Shown here: piece by piece, positions 45,042 to 56,314 of the stretch | Layout: each line of letters starts with the position of its first letter | Numbering within the stretch: the first letter of the stretch is position 1 | Assembly (NCBI GenBank): GCA_965224485.1 | Contig: CBDCZH010000015.1 | Coordinates: 224,001 to 288,000 of the forward strand | Direction: 5' to 3' | Source: Arcobacteraceae bacterium | GTDB lineage: Bacteria > Campylobacterota > Campylobacteria > Campylobacterales > Arcobacteraceae | Length of the DNA stretch: 64,000 bases | Notes under the pieces: model-generated | What the model saw: only the letters and a program-made list of their open reading frames with translations | Database searches by the model: none | Told to the model about the DNA's origin: nothing | Made by a program: the position numbers and the translations under genes

Positions 45042-45824
45042 ATGAAAACATTTAATCACCAATCGAATCAATACTTAAACATTGACAAAGCTAAAATATA
45101 TTTCGAAACAATAGGAAATAAAGAAAAACCAATTCTCCTTGTGCTTCATGGTGGATTTGGAACAATAGAAGATTTAAATTCAATAGTTTCCTATCTTTCA
45201 AAAGATTTTTACATCATTGGAATAGACAACAGAGGACATGGAAAATCTACCCTAGGAGATAAAAAACTAAGCTATGAGCAAATACAATTTGATGTTGAAA
45301 CTATATTAAAAGATTTAAACATTGATACTATTAATATCCTTGGTTTTAGTGACGGTGGAGTTGTTGCTTATAGAATTGCTTCAAGTAATAAGATAAAAGT
45401 AAATAAACTTATTACAATAGGGGCTTCATGGAGAGAACAAGATATTTTAGAAATTGAAGATATGGTAAATACAATAAGTCCTAAAAGTGCAAAAGAAATA
45501 TTTCACGAGAATTATGACTTATATCAAAAATTAAACCAAGAAATAGATTTTGATAAATTAACAAAAGCAAATGTTGATATGTGGCTTGATAAGAGTAAAA
45601 CAGGACATCCTAATAAAAATGTTAGAAAAATTACTGCAAAAGTATTATTAATAAGAGGAGATAATGATTTTTTAGTATCTTTAGACTCTTTAGCAAAGTT
45701 AAAAAATGAGATTAAAGATTCATCTTTATTAAATGTTTCATTTTCACAACATGAAGTACATAAAGAACAAGCCCAAGTTATCGAAATAATGATAAAAGAT
45801 TTTTTGGAAGTATCAAAAAAATAG
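45042..45824 (+). CDS. alpha/beta fold hydrolase
   Basis: VLHGG, DNRGHGKS, GFSDGG nucleophile elbow. Confidence 0.92.
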   Translation: MKTFNHQSNQYLNIDKAKIYFETIGNKEKPILLVLHGGFGTIEDLNSIVSYLSKDFYIIGIDNRGHGKSTLGDKKLSYEQIQFDVETILKDLNIDTINILGFSDGGVVAYRIASSNKIKVNKLITIGASWREQDILEIEDMVNTISPKSAKEIFHENYDLYQKLNQEIDFDKLTKANVDMWLDKSKTGHPNKNVRKITAKVLLIRGDNDFLVSLDSLAKLKNEIKDSSLLNVSFSQHEVHKEQAQVIEIMIKDFLEVSKK

Positions 45825-45876
45825 AAGATAGTAGAAGAGAATAGAAGATAAAAAAACATAAGAAAAGAAAGAGAAA

Positions 45877-46092
45877 ATGAAAGAATCTTTAAAAAAGAAA
45901 ATAATAGATGTTTGTAATAAAAAAATTGAAGCAAAAGGTTCTAATGTAGGTCTATCTTTTTACGCATTTTTTGCAAATAAAAATGATGACCCGCAATTAT
46001 TGATGTATCTTGCACAGTGGTGGATATTAGAGCATAAATTAGACCATTTTGAAAAAGCTGTAAAAATAAAAAAAATGATTGAAGAGCTTTGA
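45877..46092 (+). CDS. small conserved protein (DUF6500-like)
   Basis: NVGLSFYAFFANKNDDP...LDHFEKAVKIK; family recalled, not searched. Confidence 0.65.
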   Translation: MKESLKKKIIDVCNKKIEAKGSNVGLSFYAFFANKNDDPQLLMYLAQWWILEHKLDHFEKAVKIKKMIEEL

Positions 46093-46223
46093 GTTTATTG
46101 TTTAAAAAAGAATACTAGACTTTTATTAATCATATGTCATTAGCCAAAACTAAGTAAGATGACATATAATGCACATAGAAAATTATAGAATTAAATAACA
46201 CCTTATATATAAAGAGTAAAATA

Positions 46224-47375
46224 ATGTATAACTTTGATGAAGAAACAAATAGAGAAAATACTAACTGTATTAAATATGATGCCCTACCTAAATACTTTGG
46301 TGTTTCTGATGTACAGCCCTTATGGGTTGCTGATATGGATTTTAAGGTATGTTCCCAAATCAATGAGGCTATTTTAAATAAAGTAAAACATGGTGTTTAT
46401 GGTTATGCTAAAGTTCCAGAAAAAACTCTTGTTTTAATTAAACAATGGATGAAAAAAAGACATAATTTTGATATAAAAACAGATGATATTACTATGATAA
46501 ATGGAGTAGTTCCTGCTTATAGTGCTGCTATTGAAGCATTTTCGCAAGAAGGTGATGAGATAATTGTACAAACTCCTGTTTATTTTCCTTTATTTAACTC
46601 AGTTAAAGCCAATAATCGAGTGCTGATTAAAAATCCCTTGGTACAAAAAGATGGTTATTATACTATGGATTTAGAACACTTAGAATCAATAATAACTCCT
46701 AAAACAAAAATACTCACCCTTTGCTCTCCTCATAATCCAGTAGGAAGAGTGTGGAATAAAGAAGAATTAGAAAAATTAGCAGATATTTGTATTAAACATA
46801 ATATAAAAATAATATCAGATGAAATACATGCTGATTTGGTTTTCAAAAAATTTACGGCCCTTGCTTCAATATCTTCTAAAATTGCAGATATTACTTTAAC
46901 TCTGAACTCAGCTGGTAAAACATTTAATATTGCTGGTTTAAATTGTGCTTATACTATTTGTTCTAATAAGAAAATGAAAGATAGTTTTGATAAAGTTGTA
47001 CAAAAAAGAGAAATTGGTTCTATTAATGTTTTTGGATTACTTGCCCTAGAAGCTGCTTATGAATTTGGAGATATTTGGTTAGAAGAATTATTAGTTTACT
47101 TAGAAAATAATATTAAAATAACGAAAAACTATTTAGATAAAACTTCTATTACTTTTAAAAAACCAGAAGCTACGTACTTATTGTGGCTAGATTTTACTAA
47201 GTCATCACTAAGTCATGATAAAGTGAGAACAAAGTTATTGCAAGAATGTAAAGTTGCCTTAAATGATGGAATTACCTTTGGAAAAGAAGGAAAGAACTAT
47301 TTTAGGCTTAATGTAGCTCTTCAAAACAAAGAATTAGAAAAAGCATTGGGTAGAATCGTAACAAAATTCTCTTAG
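46224..47375 (+). CDS. PLP-dependent C-S lyase, MalY/PatB family
   Basis: PLWVADMDF, CSPHNPVGRVW, SDEIHAD, SAGKTFN. Confidence 0.93.
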   Translation: MYNFDEETNRENTNCIKYDALPKYFGVSDVQPLWVADMDFKVCSQINEAILNKVKHGVYGYAKVPEKTLVLIKQWMKKRHNFDIKTDDITMINGVVPAYSAAIEAFSQEGDEIIVQTPVYFPLFNSVKANNRVLIKNPLVQKDGYYTMDLEHLESIITPKTKILTLCSPHNPVGRVWNKEELEKLADICIKHNIKIISDEIHADLVFKKFTALASISSKIADITLTLNSAGKTFNIAGLNCAYTICSNKKMKDSFDKVVQKREIGSINVFGLLALEAAYEFGDIWLEELLVYLENNIKITKNYLDKTSITFKKPEATYLLWLDFTKSSLSHDKVRTKLLQECKVALNDGITFGKEGKNYFRLNVALQNKELEKALGRIVTKFS

Positions 47376-47378
47376 AAT

Positions 47379-47392
47379 TTGACCATAATCAA
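47379..47392. promoter_or_regulatory. FNR/Crp-type box upstream of nuoA
   Basis: TTGAC-CATA-ATCAA (9/10 to TTGAT-N4-ATCAA). Confidence 0.55.
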
Positions 47393-47515
47393 GGAAAACA
47401 TTACTTATATTCTCATTATGTAATTTCTTTAAAAAATTTAAGCTTATCGCTATATTCTTCTAACAATCTTATTGTATAATTAACTTAAATAAAAGAAAAC
47501 TATTGGAAAATTAAA

Positions 47516-47878
47516 ATGTCAGATGAATTAGTACTCTCTTCTATTATTTTTGTAGTTATTGGTATTGTTTTAGTATCAGTATTTTTACTATCAAAATATA
47601 TAGGACCACAAAACAAAAGCGTAAAGTCAAAACATACTCTATACGAGTCAGGTGTGTCAAACCCTATTGGTGGAACAAAATTAAGATTTTCTATTAAGTT
47701 TTACTTAGTAGCTATTTTATTTGTTTTATTTGATGTAGAGATTATATTTATGTTTCCTTGGGCAGTAAACTTAAGAGAATTAGGTTTCTTTGGTTTAGCA
47801 GAAATGTTTATGTTTATGGGACTATTATTCTCTGGTTTAATTTATATATATAAGAAAAAGGCACTTTCATGGGATTAG
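47516..47878 (+). CDS. nuoA: NADH-quinone oxidoreductase subunit A
   Basis: [18 protein letters not shown]. Confidence 0.96.
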   Translation: MSDELVLSSIIFVVIGIVLVSVFLLSKYIGPQNKSVKSKHTLYESGVSNPIGGTKLRFSIKFYLVAILFVLFDVEIIFMFPWAVNLRELGFFGLAEMFMFMGLLFSGLIYIYKKKALSWD

Positions 47879-48384
47879 GAGCAGAATCAGTATTAGGAGA
47901 TTCAGTATTTACTACAAGATTAGATAAAGCAGTTAACTGGGCAAGATCATATTCATTATGGCCTATGGTATTTGGAACGGCATGTTGTGGTATTGAGTTT
48001 ATGTCTGTTGCAGCTTCTAGATTTGATTTATCTAGATTTGGGGCGGAAGTTGTAAGATTTTCTCCAAGACAGGCTGATTTATTAGTTGTTGCTGGAACAA
48101 TTACTTATAAACAAGCACCTGTATTAAAGAAAATTTATGACCAAATGTGTGAGCCTAAATGGGTTATATCTATGGGAGCTTGTGCAAGTTCTGGTGGTTT
48201 TTATGATAACTATACAACATTACAAGGAATTGATCAAATTATTCCTGTTGATGTTTATATCTCAGGATGTCCTCCAAGACCAGAAGCATTTTTAGATGCT
48301 TTAATAGAAATTCAAAAACTAGCACAAAAAGAGTCTATTATAGTTGATAGAGTTAGAGATTTTAAAGGAATATTAGATGCTTAG
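47869..48384 (+). CDS. nuoB: NADH-quinone oxidoreductase subunit B
   Basis: ACCGIE, SPRQAD, GCPPRPE. Confidence 0.97.
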   Translation: MGLGAESVLGDSVFTTRLDKAVNWARSYSLWPMVFGTACCGIEFMSVAASRFDLSRFGAEVVRFSPRQADLLVVAGTITYKQAPVLKKIYDQMCEPKWVISMGACASSGGFYDNYTTLQGIDQIIPVDVYISGCPPRPEAFLDALIEIQKLAQKESIIVDRVRDFKGILDA

Positions 48385-50011
48385 TGCTGATATGGTTATC
48401 TCTGCTTCGCAGATAAAAGAGACAATTATAAAACTTAAAAATGAAGATAATTATCATATTTTATTAGATATTACTGCTATTGATTTTTTAACATATCCAG
48501 ATGTAACTCCTTCAAGATTTGCAGTTATTTATATATTAAGAGATAAAACTTTTAAAAAACAATTTGTTCTTAAAGCTTATGTTGATGATAACAATCTTTG
48601 TATTGATTCACTTTGTGATGTTTATGAGGCTGCTAACTGGGGTGAGAGAGAAGTATATGACCAATATGGTATAAAATTCATTGGTCATCCTAATTTAAAA
48701 AGAGTTTTAAATCATCATCAATTTAAAGGTCATCCTTTAAGAAAAGATTACAATATTACTGATGGTCAAATTTGTACCGAAACTGAAGATTTAATGGATG
48801 AAATGGCTCCTTTATTAAAATCAAAAGGTTTTTCAAGTGAAGATTTAGAAGAATTAATGTATTTAAATATTGGACCTTCACATCCAGCATCGCATGGAAC
48901 TATTAGAAACTTTATGGCACTTGAGGGTGAAACTATTGCTGCTTGTGTAACAGAAATTGGTTACTTACATAGAGGTTTTGAAAAAGCCTGTGAAACGCAT
49001 ACTTACTCACAAGCAATTCCTTATACAGATAGATTAAATTACTGTAGCGCTATTTTAAATAACATTGGTTATGCAAAAACTGTTGAAGATATGTTAGGTG
49101 TTGAGATAACTCCACGTGCTAAAATGATTAGAGTTTTAATTGGTGAATTATCAAGAATCACTGATCATATTGTTTGTAATGCTGCAAATATGGTTGATTT
49201 AGGTGGACTTACAAACTTCTGGTACATTTTTGCTCCAAGAGATAAAGCTTATGATTTACTTTCAAAATTAACAGGTGCTAGACTTACTAATACTTATACA
49301 AGAATTGGTGGTTTAGAATTTGATTTATATGAAGGTTTTGAAGCTGACTTAGATGAAATTTTAAGAGATGTTGAAAAAGCTATTGATGATTCACTTTCAT
49401 TGATACAAAGAAATAGAATTTTTCTAGATAGAACACAAGATGCTGGAAAATTCGACTCAGAATTTGCGATAAATGCTGGAATTACTGGACCTAATCTAAG
49501 AGCTACTGGAATTTCTTATGATATGAGAAAAGATAATCCATATTATGGTTATGAAGACTTTGATTTTGATGTTGTAATTGGATCACATGGTGATGTTTAT
49601 GACAGAATGATGTGTAGATTTGAAGAAATGAGACAAAGTATTAGAATAATTGAACAAGCAATGAAAGAGATGCCAGATGGGCCTATTAATGTTAGTGCTC
49701 CTGGGATTTTACTTCCTAGTAAAAAAGATGTATATGGGAATATTGAAGGTTTAATGAATCAATTTAAACTTACTTTTGAAGGTATTAAAGTACCAAAAGG
49801 TGAATATTATAATGCAACTGAAGCTGCTAATGGTGAACTTGGTTTTCATATTACAAGCGATGGAAGCGGAACACCTTATAAGGTAAAATGTAGACCACCT
49901 TGTTTTTATTCACTTGCAGCTTTTGCAAAAATTTGTGAAAATGATATGTTAGCTGATGCTGTTATTACTATGGCATCTATGAACTTTATAGCTGGGGAGT
50001 TTGATAGATAA
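48377..50011 (+). CDS. nuoCD: fused NADH-quinone oxidoreductase subunit C/D
   Basis: EREVYD...HPLRKDY followed by [23 protein letters not shown]. Confidence 0.95.
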   Translation: MLSADMVISASQIKETIIKLKNEDNYHILLDITAIDFLTYPDVTPSRFAVIYILRDKTFKKQFVLKAYVDDNNLCIDSLCDVYEAANWGEREVYDQYGIKFIGHPNLKRVLNHHQFKGHPLRKDYNITDGQICTETEDLMDEMAPLLKSKGFSSEDLEELMYLNIGPSHPASHGTIRNFMALEGETIAACVTEIGYLHRGFEKACETHTYSQAIPYTDRLNYCSAILNNIGYAKTVEDMLGVEITPRAKMIRVLIGELSRITDHIVCNAANMVDLGGLTNFWYIFAPRDKAYDLLSKLTGARLTNTYTRIGGLEFDLYEGFEADLDEILRDVEKAIDDSLSLIQRNRIFLDRTQDAGKFDSEFAINAGITGPNLRATGISYDMRKDNPYYGYEDFDFDVVIGSHGDVYDRMMCRFEEMRQSIRIIEQAMKEMPDGPINVSAPGILLPSKKDVYGNIEGLMNQFKLTFEGIKVPKGEYYNATEAANGELGFHITSDGSGTPYKVKCRPPCFYSLAAFAKICENDMLADAVITMASMNFIAGEFDR

Positions 50012-50487
50012 TGAATACATTTACATATACAAAAGAAAATGAACAGAGCTTTCAAGAACAGGTAAAAAAATATCCTAACTCTGATTCTATGATGCTACCT
50101 GCCTTATGGTTAGTTCAAGAACAAATAGGTTGGGTTAGTCCAGAAGCTATGATTTTTGTGGCTAATAAATTAAAAAAGTCTCCAATTGAAGTACATAGTT
50201 TTGCTTCTTTTTATACTATGTTTAATTTAAAACCAATAGGAACATATCATATTGAGTTATGTAAAACTTTATCATGTATGTTAATGGGCTCACGTGAGCT
50301 TAAAAAATTCATAAAAGATAGTATTGGAATTGAACCAGGGCAAACAAGTGAAGATGGAAGATTTCACTTAAGTGAAGTTGAATGTATGGGTGCTTGTGGT
50401 GGTGCTCCAATGTTTGCTTTAAATGGTGCTTATCATGAAAATCAAAGCATTCAAAGCTTAGAGAAACTAATTAAGGAGTGCAAATAA
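50011..50487 (+). CDS. nuoE: NADH-quinone oxidoreductase subunit E
   Basis: CKTLSC and ECMGAC 2Fe-2S ligands. Confidence 0.95.
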   Translation: MNTFTYTKENEQSFQEQVKKYPNSDSMMLPALWLVQEQIGWVSPEAMIFVANKLKKSPIEVHSFASFYTMFNLKPIGTYHIELCKTLSCMLMGSRELKKFIKDSIGIEPGQTSEDGRFHLSEVECMGACGGAPMFALNGAYHENQSIQSLEKLIKECK

Positions 50488-51731
50488 TGAGAGTAAAAGT
50501 TGTAAGTAAAAACTTCGATATTCCAGATTCGCACACTTTAGAAGTTGCAAGAAAAAATGGTGCTTATCAAACCTTAGACAAACTTTTTTCTATGAAACCA
50601 GATGATGTAACACAAGAAGTTATAAAATCAGGTCTTAGAGGAAAAGGTGGAGGTGGAGCACCTTGTGGACCTAAGTGGCAACTTATGCCAAAAGATGATC
50701 CAAGACCTTCTTATTTGATTGTTAATGGAGATGAGAGTGAACCTGGGACATTTAAAGATAGACAAATTTTTCAATATGATCCTCATTTATTAATAGAAGG
50801 AATAATTTGTTCTTGTTATGCAATTAATTCCCATGATGCTTATATTTATATAAGAGGTGAGTATAAATGGTTTATAGATAGACTTAATACTGCTATTACT
50901 GAAGCTTATGAAGCTGGACTTATTGGTGAGAAAGTACTAAATCATGACTATAGAATTGATATTACAGTTCATAGAGGTGGTGGGGCTTATATTTGTGGTG
51001 AAAAATCAGCACTTATTGAATCACTTGAGGGAAAACGTGGGCATCCTAGATTAAAACCACATCAAAAAGAGTGTGAGTGGTTTTTTGATAATCCTGCAAC
51101 AGTAAATAATGTTGAAACAATAGCAACTGTTCCTTTTATTATCCAAAATGGATATGAAGCTTATACAGCTTACGGAACACAAAAATCGCCAGGAACTATG
51201 CTTTTTGCAATGAGTGGACCTGTTAAAAATCCTGGAGTTTATGAACTAGCTTTTGGTAATAAAATGATTGATGTTATAAATGAACTAGGTGGAGGGCTTA
51301 AAGATGGTAAAAAACTTAAAGCTGTAATACCAGGTGGTTCATCTTGTCCTATTTTAACAAAAGATGAAGTTTATAAAGCAGTATTAGATTATGAATCAAT
51401 GTGGGACATAGGTTCAACATTAGGTACGGGTGGAATGATGATTATTGATGAAGATACATCAATGGTTGAAGTTGCTAAAAACTTAATTGAATTTTATCAT
51501 CATGAATCATGTGGACAATGTACACCTTGTAGAGAAGGTACGTCTTGGATTGATAAAATTTTAAAAGATATTATTGATGGAAATGGAAGTCAAGAATCAT
51601 TAGATACTATATTAGATGTTTGTGAAACTATGAATGGTAAAACTATTTGTGTATTTGCACCAGCTGTAAAAGATATTATTAAAAGTATAGTTTTAAAATT
51701 CAAAGATGAATTTGTTAGAGAATTCAAATAA
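50487..51731 (+). CDS. nuoF: NADH-quinone oxidoreductase subunit F
   Basis: SGLRGKGGGG, NGDESEPGTFKD, GAYICGE, ESCGQCTPCREG. Confidence 0.96.
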   Translation: MRVKVVSKNFDIPDSHTLEVARKNGAYQTLDKLFSMKPDDVTQEVIKSGLRGKGGGGAPCGPKWQLMPKDDPRPSYLIVNGDESEPGTFKDRQIFQYDPHLLIEGIICSCYAINSHDAYIYIRGEYKWFIDRLNTAITEAYEAGLIGEKVLNHDYRIDITVHRGGGAYICGEKSALIESLEGKRGHPRLKPHQKECEWFFDNPATVNNVETIATVPFIIQNGYEAYTAYGTQKSPGTMLFAMSGPVKNPGVYELAFGNKMIDVINELGGGLKDGKKLKAVIPGGSSCPILTKDEVYKAVLDYESMWDIGSTLGTGGMMIIDEDTSMVEVAKNLIEFYHHESCGQCTPCREGTSWIDKILKDIIDGNGSQESLDTILDVCETMNGKTICVFAPAVKDIIKSIVLKFKDEFVREFK

Positions 51732-51762
51732 TATATTTAACTTAACCCAAAGGAGAAAGAAC

Positions 51763-53049
51763 ATGGCGAAGAATACGTTTACATTAACAGATAATAGAGA
51801 TGGAAAATCATATGAATATGATATTTTAAATGGTACGAGAGGCCCAGATGTAGTTGATATTAGATCATTTTACAAAGACTCAGGTATGTTTACATACGAT
51901 CCTGGTTATACTTCAACTGCTTCTTGTGAATCAAAAATCACATTTATTGATGGGGAAAATTCTGAACTTAGATATAGAGGTATTGACATAGCAGATTTAG
52001 CTGGTAAACACTCTTATTTAGATGTTTGTTATTTATTAATGATAGGTAAATTACCAACGCCTGAAGCTTCAAAAAACTTTGATTTAGAAATCAGACATAG
52101 ATCATTTTTAAATGAAGGTATTATTAGAATTTTTGATGCTTTTCCAGACCATGCCCATCCAATGGCTACATTAGGAGCTGCAACAATGGCACTTGCTACT
52201 TTTTACAAAGAGCATTTAAACCTAGAAGATGAAGAACAATTTAGAGAAATGAGAAGAAGAATTATAGCAAAAATGCCAACAATTGCTGCTATGGCTTATA
52301 GAAACTCAATTGGTGTTCCATTAATTTATCCAGATGTTGATAGATATTTTACAGAAAACTTCTTATATATGTTAAGAGCTTATCCAGGTGGTAAGATGAA
52401 AAATCTTGGAAATGGATTAAATGAAGAGATTAAACAAGTTGAAGTTGATGCTTTAGATGCAATTTTTACACTTCATGCTGATCATGAACAAAATGCATCT
52501 ACAACAACTGTAAGAGCTGTAGGTTCAACAGAAGCTCATCCTTATGTATCAATAGCTTCAGGAATTGCTGCTTTATGGGGATCTGCTCATGGTGGTGCTA
52601 ATGAGAAAGTAATGGATCAATTAAAATTAATTGGTGATGTTAAAAATGTACCTACTTATATAGCAAAAGCAAAAGATAGAAATGATCCATTTAGACTTAT
52701 GGGATTTGGACATAGAGTTTATAAAAATAGAGATCCTAGAGCTGAGAGTTTAAAAGGCTTACAAGATAAACTTAGAGTTGAGTTAAATCTTGATTCAAAA
52801 TTATTAGATATTGCTGCTGCTGTTGAAAACGCTGCTTTAGCTGATGAGTATTTTATTTCAAGAGGTTTATATCCTAATATTGACTTTTATTCTGGTGTTA
52901 TTTTAACAGCACTTAGAATTCCAGTTGAAATGTTTACTCCTGTATTTGTTATTGGAAGAACAGTAGGATGGATTACTCAATGGTCTGAATTAAAACAAGA
53001 CCCAACTGCAAAAATTGCAAGACCTAGACAGTTATATACTGGTAAATAA
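51763..53049 (+). CDS. gltA: citrate synthase
   Basis: LHADHEQNAST, HGGANE, MGFGHRVY, YPNIDFYSG; ATG at 51763 after AAGGAG. Confidence 0.97.
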   Translation: MAKNTFTLTDNRDGKSYEYDILNGTRGPDVVDIRSFYKDSGMFTYDPGYTSTASCESKITFIDGENSELRYRGIDIADLAGKHSYLDVCYLLMIGKLPTPEASKNFDLEIRHRSFLNEGIIRIFDAFPDHAHPMATLGAATMALATFYKEHLNLEDEEQFREMRRRIIAKMPTIAAMAYRNSIGVPLIYPDVDRYFTENFLYMLRAYPGGKMKNLGNGLNEEIKQVEVDALDAIFTLHADHEQNASTTTVRAVGSTEAHPYVSIASGIAALWGSAHGGANEKVMDQLKLIGDVKNVPTYIAKAKDRNDPFRLMGFGHRVYKNRDPRAESLKGLQDKLRVELNLDSKLLDIAAAVENAALADEYFISRGLYPNIDFYSGVILTALRIPVEMFTPVFVIGRTVGWITQWSELKQDPTAKIARPRQLYTGK

Positions 53050-53083
53050 TAAAAAAAATAGATAAAAGCAAGGATAGACAAAA

Positions 53084-54520
53084 ATGAGTGAAATGGTTAA
53101 ACTGATAATAAATGACCAAGAAATGCAGGCAGAAAAAGGTAGCCTATTAATTGATAAGTTATTGGATGAAGAAATTCATATTCCTCATTTTTGCTATCAT
53201 AAAGCATTAGGTAAAGATGGAAACTGTAGAATGTGTATGGTGGAAATCGAAGGCCAAAAACGACCGCAAATTGCTTGTGATACTCTTATTAAAGAGGGTA
53301 TGAACATAAAAACACAAAGTGATAAGATAATGTCTGTTCGTAAAGACATCTTAGAACTTCAATTAATTAATCATCCAATTGACTGCCCTACTTGTGATCA
53401 AGCAGGTGAGTGTAAATTGCAAGATTATTATATGGAATCTGGTTTTTATAGTTCAAGAGTTAATGTAAATATTAAAAATAATGCTAAGAAAAAAACTGAC
53501 CTAGGTGCTAATGTAATGTTAGACCAAGAAAGATGTGTTTTATGTACACGTTGTGTTAGATTTTGCTCAGATATTACAAAAACAAATGAGTTAGGTGTAA
53601 TAAGTAGAGCAGATCATAGTGTTATTGGAACTTTTCCTGGTATTCCTTTATCAAATCCATATGCTATGAATGTTGTTGACTTATGTCCCGTTGGTGCATT
53701 AACATCTAAAGATTTTAGATTCAAACAAAGAGTTTGGTTTATGGAAACTTTTAATGCTATTTGTTCTGGTTGTTCAAAAGGCTGTAATATCTTTGTTGAT
53801 CATAGAAAAGAAAAATATGAAGATGATAAAATTTTCAGATTTAGACCAAGATTAAACAAAGAAGTTAATGGTTATTTTATGTGTGATGTAGGAAGACTAT
53901 CTTATAAAGATGAAGAAAACAACAGATTTGAAGCTTCTTTAGTAGAGTCTCAAAGTTCAAGCTTAGATAATGCAATAACACAAATGTATACAAGTATAAG
54001 TAAAAATAACAATACATTATTTTTAGTATCTCCTAATTTATGCCTAGAAGAGTTACAAAACTTAAAAGCTTTTGCAAATGCAACGGGTGCAAATGTATCT
54101 GGATATTCACCTCAGTATATTGATAAATCATTTGGTGATGATATGTTAAGAAGAGATGATAGAAGTGCAAATAGAGCAGCATTTAAAGAAGCTTTAATTT
54201 CACAAGAAGAAGAAGAGTTTAAAAAATACTTAGATGCTGCTTCTTTAGTAGTAGTTTTTGATAATAACTATTTTGATAAAAACTTAGACTTATTAGAAAA
54301 TAAAAAAGTAATATCTTGTTTTTCTAACAATTCACTTACTATTGGAAACTCAAGCATAGCTATTCCTCTTGCATCATTTTATGAGAAACATGGAACTTAT
54401 ATAAATGAAGATGGTGTTAAACAAAAAGTAATTTCGGCTATGAAAAGAGATAAACAAGCTTTAAATGTTAGTGCTTTATTACAAAGAATTCAAAGTATGT
54501 TAGAAAAAGGAAATATATGA
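53084..54520 (+). CDS. nuoG: NADH-quinone oxidoreductase subunit G (short form)
   Basis: IPHFCYH, GNCRMC, HPIDCPTCDQAGEC, RCVLCTRC. Confidence 0.93.
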   Translation: MSEMVKLIINDQEMQAEKGSLLIDKLLDEEIHIPHFCYHKALGKDGNCRMCMVEIEGQKRPQIACDTLIKEGMNIKTQSDKIMSVRKDILELQLINHPIDCPTCDQAGECKLQDYYMESGFYSSRVNVNIKNNAKKKTDLGANVMLDQERCVLCTRCVRFCSDITKTNELGVISRADHSVIGTFPGIPLSNPYAMNVVDLCPVGALTSKDFRFKQRVWFMETFNAICSGCSKGCNIFVDHRKEKYEDDKIFRFRPRLNKEVNGYFMCDVGRLSYKDEENNRFEASLVESQSSSLDNAITQMYTSISKNNNTLFLVSPNLCLEELQNLKAFANATGANVSGYSPQYIDKSFGDDMLRRDDRSANRAAFKEALISQEEEEFKKYLDAASLVVVFDNNYFDKNLDLLENKKVISCFSNNSLTIGNSSIAIPLASFYEKHGTYINEDGVKQKVISAMKRDKQALNVSALLQRIQSMLEKGNI

Positions 54521-55800
54521 GTACCGCATCAATAATTATTATTATTGTAAATATTCTCTTAGCAGTAATACTTGCAGTTGGACTTACTCCTGTTTTTGTA
54601 TGGTGGGAGAGAAGAGTTGCAGGTTTTGTACAAGATAGAACTGGCCCAAATAGATGTCATATTGGTGGTTTTAGATTAGGTGGAGTAATTCAAAGTATAG
54701 CAGATATGTTAAAACTTGTTTTTAAAGAAGATTTTACACCTGATCATGTTAAATATAAATTCTTTTATACAATGGCTCCTGCTATTGTATTTATTGCATA
54801 TTTTTTAACTTTTGCTGTTATTCCTTTTGCTGATAACTTAGTATTAGACGGTGTTTCTCATGCTATGCAGGCAATTCCAGTAGCACTTGGAATCATGTGG
54901 TTTTTAGCTTATGCTGGTCTTTCTGTATATGGAATTATATTAGGTGGTTATGCTTCTTCTTCTAAATTTGGATTATTAGGAGCTATTAGAGCTTCTGCTC
55001 AAGTAATTTCATATGAAGCAGCTATGGCTTTATCACTAATTTCTATGCTTTTAACCTATGAATCAATTCATTTAAATGATATGGTTGTAGCACAAGCTGG
55101 TACTATATTTGGAATTGTTCCAGCTTGGGGTGTATTTATGCAACCACTTGCTGCTTTAATTTTTATTGTTTGTGCTTTTGCTGAAACAAATAGAACACCT
55201 TTTGATATAGCAGAGGGTGAGAGTGAAATTGTTGCTGGTTATCATACAGAGTATTCAGCTATGCGTTTTGGTCTTTTTCAAGTATCAGAATTTGCTGCAA
55301 TGGCAGGAGCATCTGCAATAATCGTTACAATCTTTTTTGGTGGTTATCAAGTTCCTTACTTAGATACAGCAGCACTAAAAGAGAATATAAACATAATTCT
55401 TATAGTTTTTATGATTATAATTCCTATTAAAGTATATTTCTTTAATGAGTGGATGAAGAAAAATAATACTTGGCCAGATGCAAGTGATCCAAGAGCCAAT
55501 GAAACTAAAAAATTAATTCCAATTTTTTGGACTATGGCTTTAGGTATTGTAGCTTTTTTAGGATTTTTATTATTTACTGGTCTTGGCGATAATGGTGCAA
55601 GTATAGCGGTTACTGTTATTCAAGTTATGACATTTTTGATTAAATTTTTTATGATGGTATTAGTTTTTATGTGGATTAGATGGACTCTTTTAAGATTCAG
55701 ATATGATCAACTTCAAATGCTAGGATGGAAAGTATTATTACCATTAGCATTGTTAAATATCGTTATTACTGCTTCAGTAATAGTATTTTTAGGATTATAA
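54517..55800 (+). CDS. nuoH: NADH-quinone oxidoreductase subunit H
   Basis: QDRTGPN, AETNRTPFD, EGESE. Confidence 0.96.
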   Translation: MSTASIIIIIVNILLAVILAVGLTPVFVWWERRVAGFVQDRTGPNRCHIGGFRLGGVIQSIADMLKLVFKEDFTPDHVKYKFFYTMAPAIVFIAYFLTFAVIPFADNLVLDGVSHAMQAIPVALGIMWFLAYAGLSVYGIILGGYASSSKFGLLGAIRASAQVISYEAAMALSLISMLLTYESIHLNDMVVAQAGTIFGIVPAWGVFMQPLAALIFIVCAFAETNRTPFDIAEGESEIVAGYHTEYSAMRFGLFQVSEFAAMAGASAIIVTIFFGGYQVPYLDTAALKENINIILIVFMIIIPIKVYFFNEWMKKNNTWPDASDPRANETKKLIPIFWTMALGIVAFLGFLLFTGLGDNGASIAVTVIQVMTFLIKFFMMVLVFMWIRWTLLRFRYDQLQMLGWKVLLPLALLNIVITASVIVFLGL

Positions 55801-55801
55801 A

Positions 55802-56314
55802 ATGGGAATTCAAGTAATTAAAAGACACGGACAAACGTTTAAAGATAAACTTTACATTCCAGCAATAATAGGTGGAATGAAAACAACAATTGGACATTTT
55901 ACAAAAAACTTAAAAGATACTACAAACTTAAGAACTATGCAGTATCCAGAAGTTCAACCAACAGATGTTGCAACAAATGAGAGATATAGAGGTGTTCACA
56001 GACTTACTAAATGGAGTGATGGAAGTGAAAAATGTGTAGCTTGTTATATGTGTGCAACAGCTTGTCCAGCTGATTGTATTTTCATTGAAGCAGAAGAAAG
56101 GTTTGATGAAAAAGCCGAAAAAAGACCAAAACAATTTAAAATTGATTTATTAGAGTGTGTTTATTGTGGCTATTGTGTTGAAGCATGTCCTTGTGATGCA
56201 ATTAGAATGGATACAGGTATTTTTTCATTTATTGGAAGTAAAAGAGAAGACTTTTTTGTAGACAAAGATTATTTAATGAACAACGATAGATCAAAGGAAT
56301 TACCAGATGGCTGA
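55802..56314 (+). CDS. nuoI: NADH-quinone oxidoreductase subunit I
   Basis: Two CxxCxxCxxxCP motifs. Confidence 0.96.
   Translation: MGIQVIKRHGQTFKDKLYIPAIIGGMKTTIGHFTKNLKDTTNLRTMQYPEVQPTDVATNERYRGVHRLTKWSDGSEKCVACYMCATACPADCIFIEAEERFDEKAEKRPKQFKIDLLECVYCGYCVEACPCDAIRMDTGIFSFIGSKREDFFVDKDYLMNNDRSKELPDG

Noticed and set aside
51706..51762. N-terminal extension of GltA (similarly Tuf 3086-3139 and MoaE 14150-14221)
   Set aside because: Downstream ATGs with better RBS or spacing match the family N-termini.
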